Below are positions 48,026 to 57,300 of a stretch of 64,000 nucleotides of DNA, piece after piece. The DNA is taken from positions 32,001-96,000 of IMG/VR virus record IMGVR_UViG_3300028920_000038; one strand, written 5' to 3'. This DNA is from a virus. The translations under genes and the position numbers were made by a program. The stretch's first letter is position 1. Each line of letters opens with the position of its first letter. Below the pieces are notes generated by a model. The model worked only from the letters and a program-made list of their open reading frames with translations, was not told where the DNA came from and did no database searches.

Positions 48026-48350
48026 ATTTGGAGTTCCTTGCAGTCAATTGAAAGAGTATTTAGATGGAACTGAAATACCTTGTACTTCTGAAGTTGAAGC
48101 GATGGCAATGGCTGCAGGAGCTTGGTTTGCAGGTAAAAAACCAGAAGTTTATATGCAAAATAGTGGACTAGGACATATAGTGGATATTGTGTCTAGTTTA
48201 TATAAACCTTATAAAATTCCATTACCAAGAATGTATTTGAGTATTAGATTCAAACCAAAACATCATTATGATATGTTTTTATATACTCCTTCTATTCTAT
48301 TATTAATGGAATATGATGATGTTTTTGAGATCATGCAAGATGACAACTAG
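48006..48350 (+). CDS. Phosphonopyruvate decarboxylase, alpha (PYR) subunit
   Basis: GVPCS, E.EA..MAAGAW.AGK.P and MQNSGLG. Confidence 0.85.
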   Translation: MKDIKNKFGVPCSQLKEYLDGTEIPCTSEVEAMAMAAGAWFAGKKPEVYMQNSGLGHIVDIVSSLYKPYKIPLPRMYLSIRFKPKHHYDMFLYTPSILLLMEYDDVFEIMQDDN

Positions 48351-48816
48351 AAAAAAATCTATAGAAAAAATTTTGGAATTAAATCAAAATTCATTAATTA
48401 TATCATCTGCAGGTTATACATCTAGATCCTTATATGAAGTTAAAGATGCTCCAAATCATTTTTATATGATGGGATCAATGGGATGTGCATTACCATTTGC
48501 TATTGGATTAGCTTTAAATACTGATAAGGAAGTGGTAGCTATAATCGGAGATGGAGAATTATTAATGAATTTTAGTTCTCTTATACAAACTGAGAATTTA
48601 AAATTAGATAATTTAACTATTTATATATTAGATAATAATATGTATCAATCAACTGGAGGACAAAAGACTATTAGTGAATATATTCCAAAGTGTGGATTTA
48701 ATGTATGGACTATTAGTATAGAAGATGATCATATACCTCCAAGGATTCCTATAAGTCATAAAGAAATATCGGAGAGATTCTATGAGCACATTAATGGTGT
48801 GCAGCAAATCAACTAA
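48340..48816 (+). CDS. Phosphonopyruvate decarboxylase, beta (PP) subunit
   Basis: GYTSR, FYMMGSMG and TPP motif GDGELLMN...DN...STGGQ. Confidence 0.85.
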   Translation: MTTRKKSIEKILELNQNSLIISSAGYTSRSLYEVKDAPNHFYMMGSMGCALPFAIGLALNTDKEVVAIIGDGELLMNFSSLIQTENLKLDNLTIYILDNNMYQSTGGQKTISEYIPKCGFNVWTISIEDDHIPPRIPISHKEISERFYEHINGVQQIN

Positions 48817-49405
48817 AAAATATACTAAACTGTATAATTATGATGAATTATTAATAGTGAAAGAACCTCCAAATAAAGAAACTTTAAAAAAGAAAGATCT
48901 TTATCATAATGTTGTAGCAATAGGAGGAGGAAGTGTCATAGATACAGCTAAGATTTTAAGTATGAATTCAGTGATAGCTATTCCTACTACATATTCTGGA
49001 GCATCTGAGACTTCTCATGCAGTCTATTGGGATAATGGAATGAAATATGATATAGAATGTATTAAACCTATATCTGTTTTGAGAAAAGAATTTATAAATT
49101 TACCTAAACATATTGAAGTAGCTACTAAAATAGATTGCATTTCTCATATTATAGAAAGTTTAATTTCAAAGAATTCTACCATAGATTCTGATAAATACGC
49201 TCTTATAGCTATTAATTTTATAAAAGAAGATAAATGGTTAGAAGCAAGTATATATGCTGGTAAGGCTATTGATATAACTGGTACCAATATTATACATGCT
49301 ATGTCCTATTCATTAACTGGGGTATATGAATTACCTCATGGAGTATCTTTGTTAAAAATATTTGAATTAGCTAAACATTATAAGAAATTAGAGGAATTAT
49401 TATGA
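48782..49405 (+). CDS. Iron-containing alcohol dehydrogenase (phosphonoacetaldehyde reductase, FomC/PhpC-like), short form
   Basis: [10 protein letters not shown] and AIPTT; metal ligands DxxxH, H and HG. Confidence 0.8.
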   Translation: MSTLMVCSKSTKKYTKLYNYDELLIVKEPPNKETLKKKDLYHNVVAIGGGSVIDTAKILSMNSVIAIPTTYSGASETSHAVYWDNGMKYDIECIKPISVLRKEFINLPKHIEVATKIDCISHIIESLISKNSTIDSDKYALIAINFIKEDKWLEASIYAGKAIDITGTNIIHAMSYSLTGVYELPHGVSLLKIFELAKHYKKLEELL

Positions 49406-50673
49406 AAACCGTTTATGTAGGAATGTCAGCCGATTTTATTCATGATGGTCATATAAATATAATAAATATTGCTAGAAATTATGGTAATATAATAATAGGA
49501 CTATTAACTGATGAAGCTATAGCATCATATAAAAGAGTACCTTTATTGTCTTACGAAAAAAGGAAAAAGATATTAGAGAATATAAAATATGTATATAAAG
49601 TAGTGCCACAGAAAACATTAGATTATACCGATAATCTTAAGAAATATAAACCAAATTACGTTGTACATGGAGATGATTGGAAAAAAGGAATACAAAAAGA
49701 AATAAGAAATAAAGTTATAGAAACTTTAAAAGAATGGAATGGAGAATTAATTGAACCTGAATATACAAAAGGTATATCATCTACATTACTTATAAACGAT
49801 AAATTAAATCAAGGAGTTACACCTAATTATAGAAGAGGTAAATTGAAAAAGCTTCTAGAATTAAAGTCATACATAAGAATATTAGAAGCTCATAGTGGTA
49901 TATCTGGTATAGTTGTAGAAAGATCTAATTATAATGGAAAAGAATTTGACGGGATATGGATATCAAGTTTGACAGATTCTACTTCTAAAGGAAAACCAGA
50001 CATAGAAATAGTAGATTTTACATCAAGAATACAAACCATTAATGAGATATTAGAAGTAACCACTAAACCTATTATAGTAGATATTGATACAGGAGGTCAA
50101 ATAGATCATTTTGTATATATGATAAAAACCTTAGAAAGACTAGGAGTATCTGCAATTATAGTAGAAGATAAAACATTTCCTAAAAGGAATTCACTGTCAG
50201 AAGGAGAAATTCACATACAAGAAGATAAAGAGACATTTTGTAGAAAGATAAGAGCTGGAATACAATCTAGAATAACAGATGATTTTATGATAATAGCTAG
50301 AATAGAATCATTTATAACCGGAGAAGAAGTTGATCTTGCATTAAATAGAGCTAAAGACTACATAGAAGCTGGTGCAGATGGTATTATGATACATAGTAAA
50401 AAGAGTAATCCCAAAGATTTAATATTATTTTGTGATGAATATAAGAAATTTAAAAATAGAGTTCCATTAATTTTAGTTCCTACTACATATAATTGGATGA
50501 AAGAAGAAGAGTTAAATTCTTTAGGTGCTAATATTATTATATATGCTAATCATCTATTAAGATCATCATATAAATCTATGAAAGAAGTAGCTAAAGAAAT
50601 ATTAAAAAATGAAAGAAGTTTAGAAGTAAATGATATGTGTACAAGTGTTAAGGAGATATTAGAATTAATATGA
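49402..50673 (+). CDS. pepM: Cytidylyltransferase-phosphoenolpyruvate mutase fusion (Fom1-like)
   Basis: N-terminal HDGH CyTase; C-terminal EAHSG, DIDTG and the PepM signature [10 protein letters not shown]. Confidence 0.95.
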   Translation: MKTVYVGMSADFIHDGHINIINIARNYGNIIIGLLTDEAIASYKRVPLLSYEKRKKILENIKYVYKVVPQKTLDYTDNLKKYKPNYVVHGDDWKKGIQKEIRNKVIETLKEWNGELIEPEYTKGISSTLLINDKLNQGVTPNYRRGKLKKLLELKSYIRILEAHSGISGIVVERSNYNGKEFDGIWISSLTDSTSKGKPDIEIVDFTSRIQTINEILEVTTKPIIVDIDTGGQIDHFVYMIKTLERLGVSAIIVEDKTFPKRNSLSEGEIHIQEDKETFCRKIRAGIQSRITDDFMIIARIESFITGEEVDLALNRAKDYIEAGADGIMIHSKKSNPKDLILFCDEYKKFKNRVPLILVPTTYNWMKEEELNSLGANIIIYANHLLRSSYKSMKEVAKEILKNERSLEVNDMCTSVKEILELI

Positions 50674-51503
50674 TAATTGGTATAATAGGATTCGGAATGG
50701 TTGGTAGAGCAATACATCATGGTTTTGCTCAAATATGTGATTTTAAAATTTATGATAAAGATAAGAAATTATCAGAAAATACATTAAAAGAAACTTTAGT
50801 AAATAGTGATTTTATATTTATATGTGTGCCTACTCCAATGAAAAAAGAAAATGGAGAAATAGATTTAAAATCTTTAGATAGTACATTGTCTTACGCTAAT
50901 AAATATATACCAAGAGAAGATAAAATATTGATTATTAAATCAACAATAGTTCCAGGTACTACAGATAGTTATATAAAAAAATATCCAAATCTAAATATTA
51001 TATTTAATCCAGAATTTCTAACAGCTCGTACATCTAAATTGGATTTTATTAATTCGTCTAGAGTCATATTGGGAGGGGATCCTAAATTAACCAGTAGAGT
51101 AGCAGATTTATATGGAAAAAGATTTACACATACTCCTATTTATCTAACAGACGCAAGAACAGCTGAATTAGTTAAATATACAGCTAATTGTTTCTTTGCG
51201 ACTAAGGTTTCGTTTTTTAACGAAATTTTTGATATATGCCGAAAGTTAGATATAAGATATGAAGATGTAAGAGATATGACATTAGCGGATGGGAGAATAG
51301 GCAATTCTCATACAGATGTTCCAGGTCATGACGGTTTAAGGGGATTTGGTGGATTATGCTTTCCAAAGGACCTTAATTCTATGATATACAAAGCTGAAGA
51401 ATTAGGTGTAGATCCTAAAGTTATGAAAGCTGTATGGGAAAAAAACATTGAAGTAAGAGAAAAGAAAGATTGGGAGAAAATCGAAGGTGCGGTCTCAGAT
51501 TAA
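50670..51503 (+). CDS. UDP-glucose/GDP-mannose dehydrogenase family, short form
   Basis: [29 protein letters not shown] and [10 protein letters not shown]. Confidence 0.9.
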   Translation: MIIGIIGFGMVGRAIHHGFAQICDFKIYDKDKKLSENTLKETLVNSDFIFICVPTPMKKENGEIDLKSLDSTLSYANKYIPREDKILIIKSTIVPGTTDSYIKKYPNLNIIFNPEFLTARTSKLDFINSSRVILGGDPKLTSRVADLYGKRFTHTPIYLTDARTAELVKYTANCFFATKVSFFNEIFDICRKLDIRYEDVRDMTLADGRIGNSHTDVPGHDGLRGFGGLCFPKDLNSMIYKAEELGVDPKVMKAVWEKNIEVREKKDWEKIEGAVSD

Positions 51504-52194
51504 AAAAGCTGTAATTCCTGCAGCTGGTTTAGGTACTAGATTCTATCCTATAACCAAATGTATACCAAAAGAAATGTTACCTATAAAAAATAAGCCTATA
51601 ATTCATTATGTCATTGATGAAGCAATTCAATCTGGAATTACTGATATAGCAATTATAACAAGAAAAGGCAAAACAGTAATAGAAGATTATATAGATGAAA
51701 TGAATTTTGAGGCTAATTTCTATTACTTAAGACAGAAATACCCAATGGGATTAGGTCATGCAGTACTAACAGCAGAAGGATTTATAGGAGAAGAAGACTT
51801 TGCTGTACTTTTAGGAGATGATCTATTAGATAATAATAGGGATCTACAAAATATGATGAAATTAAATCACTGCATAGCAGTGGAATCTGTAGTAGATCCG
51901 AGTAAATATGGAGTAGTATCTATTAAAGATAATAAAATAATAGATATAATTGAAAAACCAAAAAAGAATGCTCCGAGTAATTACGGAGTAGTGGGTAGAT
52001 ACATTCTACCTTATAAAATATTTAAATATATTAAAAAACAAAAGACAGATGAAAATGATGAGATTCAACTAACATACGCAATTCGGGATATGATAAGAGA
52101 AGGATATTCTTTTAGTCCTTATTATCTAACCGGAAAGCGTTATGACTGTGGAACTCCAGATTCGTATAAGGGCTGTTTTTTGGACTATTTTTAA
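51487..52194 (+). CDS. galU: UTP-glucose-1-phosphate uridylyltransferase
   Basis: AAGLGTRF, PKEMLP, GLGHA and EIQLT. Confidence 0.9.
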   Translation: MRSQIKKAVIPAAGLGTRFYPITKCIPKEMLPIKNKPIIHYVIDEAIQSGITDIAIITRKGKTVIEDYIDEMNFEANFYYLRQKYPMGLGHAVLTAEGFIGEEDFAVLLGDDLLDNNRDLQNMMKLNHCIAVESVVDPSKYGVVSIKDNKIIDIIEKPKKNAPSNYGVVGRYILPYKIFKYIKKQKTDENDEIQLTYAIRDMIREGYSFSPYYLTGKRYDCGTPDSYKGCFLDYF

Positions 52195-52204
52195 GTACCC
52201 TTAC

Positions 52205-52290
52205 CTATACCATTCGTTTTAAAAAAAGGTGTTATAGTAACTAATTTTGAGTCAATTTTTAGGAACTATTCCTAATTTTTGAGCTTTTTT
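52205..52290 (-). repeat. Iterated element, copy 2 (inverted relative to 11144-11225)
   Basis: Reverse complement of 52205-52248 reads AAAATTAGTTAC-TATAACA-n9-AAAACGAATGGTATAG. Confidence 0.8.
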
Positions 52291-52292
52291 TT
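52255..52292 (+). terminator. Probable terminator between convergent operons
   Basis: TAGGAA-CTA-TTCCTA hairpin followed by T5 and T8 tracts. Confidence 0.5.
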
Positions 52293-52309
52293 AAATAGGG
52301 TCACCTTAA

Positions 52310-52795
52310 TTATAACCCTGAAGATCCACTAACAAACCCTTCTATTTTTGTGTGGATCCAATCTATAGTATCTAAAGTAGTTGTAGTTATATTTTTTACA
52401 TATAGGAGAGTGTTTTTTCTCATATTTTTTAGATTAGACCCATTCATAGCAGATGAGCTTGGTGTAGGATATAATCTTAAAGTATTCTCTCCAGTCCATG
52501 TCTGATCATAATAAGTAGGTCTACCAAGAATCTTATATAACTCTCCAGTTGCTCCAGGGGTTACATTAGACATTAGGGTATTTAATTGTGTTTCATCTAA
52601 CCAAGTTGAGACTGTTACAGAGTAATTCTCAACATCCCAGCGAGAACACTTACAATCTATAAAATCGTCTCCATCTAAGGAATTATAAAAAATAGCTAAA
52701 TCATTTTCAAATTTAAATAACGTAGGGATATCTCTAAAAGTGATACCTTCATCATCATCGAAATGATAAGTAAAAGAATAGTGACTTGTTGGCAT
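52310..52795 (-). CDS. Tail protein consisting mainly of a shared ~120-aa module
   Basis: Paralogous to the C-termini of 58574..59458 and 59458..60684. Confidence 0.65.
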   Translation of the reverse strand: MPTSHYSFTYHFDDDEGITFRDIPTLFKFENDLAIFYNSLDGDDFIDCKCSRWDVENYSVTVSTWLDETQLNTLMSNVTPGATGELYKILGRPTYYDQTWTGENTLRLYPTPSSSAMNGSNLKNMRKNTLLYVKNITTTTLDTIDWIHTKIEGFVSGSSGL

Positions 52796-52842
52796 ATTAA
52801 TCTAAATGTGGATATATTATGATATTACGATAATACCATAAT

Positions 52843-53061
52843 CTAAGTTATTACATCCTCATCTATTTCAGGACTTAATGATTCTTGTGCTATTCTTATT
52901 TTACCACTTTTATATATTCTCTTAATTGTAAAAACTATTTTATCTTTAATCCACTGATTATCAGTTCCTTCCCAATCGTCTGGTATTGGATATATTTTAA
53001 GGAATCCAGCTTTGAATTCTTCCAATTTTTCATCAGGAACTGTTAATGTTAATTCTACCAT
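52843..53061 (-). CDS. Small hypothetical protein in the tail cluster
   Basis: ORF with RBS GAGG. Confidence 0.55.
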   Translation of the reverse strand: MVELTLTVPDEKLEEFKAGFLKIYPIPDDWEGTDNQWIKDKIVFTIKRIYKSGKIRIAQESLSPEIDEDVIT

Positions 53062-53099
53062 TTTAACCTCTTCTTTCTTTAATTTATAAACATATTAAA

Positions 53100-53777
53100 T
53101 TAAATATTATATGAACCTGAAACCCAAGCCCATGAAGTAGGGTTTCCACTTGGATAAAAATAATTCGAAGATGAACTAATAACTCCCCATTTCCAATTAG
53201 TCGGTTCATCTGAAGTTGCTCTAATTCCACTATCAACATTGAATTGACCTGAATTCCACACCCAAGATGTAGGAGAGCCAACAAGAGTTATGAATTTACT
53301 ATAATAACTGCCTTCCTCTTCACAAGTATAATATACGTACATTTTAACATAATCTACATACATACCTCCTTCATTGATATCTGTATTAGCAACAGCTTTT
53401 AATGCTATTCCAGATGGAAAATCAGATAGATCCTCACCCCAATCATCATCTTGTGCTCCAGCTGTCTCTATACTATGATCTGGATATTCAGTAAATTCTC
53501 CTGTTTCTTTACCGTCTGAAAAAGTCTGACCACTATCTATTGATATATACATTATTAAAGATGGAGAACTTCCTTCTACAGTTCCTTTAGCTTTAGCTTC
53601 TGCTACTATGCCATCTACTTGATAAATTTCACAATCAAGATTAAAATCATGTCCTCCTACTGTAACGTATTCTCCATCGGAAAGAATTGTTGAACAACCT
53701 CCATCCTCCAAAACGCAACCAGAATAATTTACATCAGAATCTATTACATTACTAAAAAAAGTGCTATCAGATGACAT
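53100..53777 (-). CDS. Virion accessory/fibre-associated beta-sandwich protein
   Basis: S/D/G/W-rich composition; WGxxW-like motif; tail context. Confidence 0.5.
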   Translation of the reverse strand: MSSDSTFFSNVIDSDVNYSGCVLEDGGCSTILSDGEYVTVGGHDFNLDCEIYQVDGIVAEAKAKGTVEGSSPSLIMYISIDSGQTFSDGKETGEFTEYPDHSIETAGAQDDDWGEDLSDFPSGIALKAVANTDINEGGMYVDYVKMYVYYTCEEEGSYYSKFITLVGSPTSWVWNSGQFNVDSGIRATSDEPTNWKWGVISSSSNYFYPSGNPTSWAWVSGSYNI

Positions 53778-53781
53778 AGTA

Positions 53782-54315
53782 TCAAATTAGATTAATTAAA
53801 TCGTTACTTAAATTTTGTCCATAGTAAATTTCATTGTTTACTACAGAACTCGATGCATTTGCATAATTGTAAAGCCAATGGAATTCATAAGTTTCTAGCA
53901 TATTATAAGATAGATATCCTTGTATTCTATCTACTTCTTCATTATATTTTAATGTACTAAAGCTATACTCTAACAGAGAATGAGCTTCGCTGATACCGCT
54001 AGAATTACCAAAATCATATAATATTAATTCACAAATAGCCAAATCATCTTTAATATCCCACTGAAAATAAGATGTCATATTAGAACCACTAAATGCACCA
54101 TAACCAACTTTATTAGCTGATGGATGGTTACATAAACTAACGTTAGATATATCACTAGAATAAATACGTTTTCCCTTCCACAAATCTACTAATTCATTAT
54201 CATCAAGATGTCTATTAGTATGGTTGGAATTACTACTTTGCCATGATCTATAATATTCATACAAATAATACACATCAACGATATCATCTTCAATTATTTC
54301 TCTATATGTAATCAT
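53782..54315 (-). CDS. Possible GNAT-fold protein in the tail cluster
   Basis: MITYREIIEDDIVDVYYL start typical of GNATs; no clear acetyl-CoA loop. Confidence 0.3.
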   Translation of the reverse strand: MITYREIIEDDIVDVYYLYEYYRSWQSSNSNHTNRHLDDNELVDLWKGKRIYSSDISNVSLCNHPSANKVGYGAFSGSNMTSYFQWDIKDDLAICELILYDFGNSSGISEAHSLLEYSFSTLKYNEEVDRIQGYLSYNMLETYEFHWLYNYANASSSVVNNEIYYGQNLSNDLINLI

Positions 54316-54327
54316 AATTAATCGTTA

Positions 54328-57300
54328 TTAAGTAGACAGACCTAGCTGTATCCATTCCCAGCTATTCGCATCATTCTTAACTGACATAAATATCCATGTC
54401 TTCTCATCAGTGCCACCAGATACTCTAATTATCTCACCCTTATGATTTGTAGCAGTAGGTTTAGATGAATATAGATTAGTTAATACCTGCATACCTGATA
54501 TTTGACTACTAGTTGCCATAGAATTAATAATAGATCCACTTATCTTCGTATTACCGGATAAATAGATATTTCCGTATCCACCAGTATTTATAGAAACTGA
54601 CCCACTACCAATAATATTAATATATGGATATGAATCTAATGTATCTCCATATAACCATAATTCACTTCCAGTAGATGAATCGCCCATAATAACAGATTGA
54701 TTTGCACCAGCATTATATTGAAATTTAAAAGATTGAGTATCTTCTTCATAAAATTTTATATCATTTTTTGTCCGTAATTCTATTTCCTCGTCTCCTTTTA
54801 GACGTATGTGTGGGAAATCAGTAGCAGTATTCGCATATATTCTCAAATCGTTTCCTGCTTCATCAGGTCCATATAATTTAGCAATTGTAGAAGTACCTGA
54901 GAATGTAAATTGAGTATCAGTCTTATTTCTTATTCTAAAGAATCCACCATCATTTGGCCCATAAGATGCAACAATAGAACCAGAACCATTCAAAGTTATA
55001 TATGGATAATCATCATCTGAGTTTGCTTTTATTTCTAAATCATCACTAGTATCAGCCCCTCCTTGGATAAAACTATCTGCGCCATTAAGATAAAATTTAG
55101 CAATCTGTGCTGCTTCATTAAAAATCTTAAAACTTGTAGCGTCTTGAATTTTTAAATAAGATGCATCTCCAATATTCATTTCGATACGTGGATAATTTGC
55201 ACCATCTCTTGCATAAATCCACAAATCAGCACTAGCATTTGTATTACCATAGAACTTTGAAATAGGATCATCTATAGTAAACTTGAACATTTGAGTAGAA
55301 CCGCTCTTGAAATAAATGTTTTCAGTTGTACCTATAACTGTATCTCCATCTGCTTGTATAGCAATTCCACTAACTCCACCAGCTACTAGATTTGCTTGGT
55401 CTGATTTTAATGCTAGGTAGGTATCTGAATCCCCTACGTGTTCTACTTTCTCAGTAGTTTTTAGATAACTACCTCGAATATTAACTCCGGATATATATGA
55501 GGCATTATGAATTCCTTTGCTATTCCAATCCTTATGGTCATCTATACTTAAAGCAGATAATGTAGATACACCACCACCTGAACCACCAGATGGCATAGCT
55601 ACCCAAGCTGAGCCATTCCACATAATACCGGAATTAGTAAATTCATCAGAATCCCATCCATCGATTTCAGTATCTTCACGGATATGATCTAAACTTCCAC
55701 CACCACCTGAACCAGCTCCACTTGCAGTTAAGGATATCCAATCACCAGAATTAGCACTACAGAGATATATATCGCAATTTGTAGTGGAACCTGACATCCA
55801 TAGATTACCTGCAATTTTTGAAGGTTCAGATCCACCAGGTTTAATATATACCATATTACTGGACATTCTAAATAATGTATCGTGATTATCATATATTCTA
55901 AATTGTTGACTACTTGGTATTGTAAGAACTGCATTACCAGAACCTAATAATTCCAATTGACATTTTCCTTTAGGTCCGTTATCCACACCATAATTAGGTT
56001 TTATTCTCATTCCACTGGCTGATTTATTGGTACCATATATATATGAATATGTTCCTACACGGTCAAATAGAAACATTACATTAGATCCATCACTCATGTA
56101 GATATCAGGATTACCAGCTACACCTTGAAGATTAATATAACTATTGCCTACCATATGTATTCTAGGCCAAGTATCAGTAGAATTTGCATTAATACGTAAT
56201 TTCTCACCAGTACCAGCACCACCTTCTAATATAGAACCAATACTAGAACCTGAGTAAAATTTGAATGCTTGGACTCCATTTTCATCTATACGGAAATCAT
56301 TGCCAGTACCATAGTTAATCTCTACAGAACCACCACCAAACATTCTTAACCAAGGTATCATATCTGTACTATTTGCATGAATATAAAGGTCTCCAGTAGA
56401 ATTACTTCTACCCTCTATTACAGAATTATCACTACCAGAAAGATAAAACTTAGCTATTTGAGTATCTTTACTCTTAATATAAACATTTCCAGATGCATTA
56501 ATATCGATATGAGAACTATCGTAAAGAGTTATTAGAGGCCAAAGTTTATCATCAGTTCCTTGTATGTTGAGATTACCAGCAGAGCCACCTTCTATGTAAT
56601 TATTACCACCTTGTTTATTAAATTTGAACATCTGCGTTGTATTATTAAGAAACTGTATGACACTTCCATCAGCACAACCCATCTCTACATTTCCACTACC
56701 GTATAAAAATAAACCTGCTCTTTTATCAGTATCATTTGCATAGATGTACAAGTCTCCTCCAGTAGGGTCTGGTCCTCGAATATATGAGTTACCAGCAGTA
56801 TAATTAAATCGAAACATCTGCGTGCCTTGTTCCTTGAAGTAAATATCAGCGTAGGAATCTATATTTATATTACTACTTCCAACCATATCAATATATGGAT
56901 ATGAATAATCTTCATGTGCTTTCCAATTAAATCGAGCTCCATTTGTTGCAGCTCCATCTAGATGAACATCACTATAATTATTATCTGTATAAACTCTAGC
57001 AGAATTATGACCTTGATTTCCAAATACTACTTTAGAATTACCAGATGCGGAAATATAAATATTTCCAGGTACTGTTGCATCACCATCTCCTATCATCCAA
57101 ATCATTGGATAGGAATCAACTGAATTTGCCTGTATGATTAAATCATTCTCGTTTGTAGAACCTCCATAAAGATAAGATTGATTAGTACCATAAACAAACT
57201 TAAATGACTGTGTGCCTTTGTCAGTGAAATAGATGTCATTATTAGAACCTAATATCAAATCACTATCAGAAGATATATAAGGGATATTAGTGATACCATG

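Noticed and set aside
48006-48816. Sulfopyruvate decarboxylase ComDE (coenzyme M biosynthesis)
   Set aside because: Same split architecture, but adjacency to a PepM with the EDKxxxxxNS signature and an Fe-ADH favours phosphonopyruvate decarboxylase; no comABC genes are visible.
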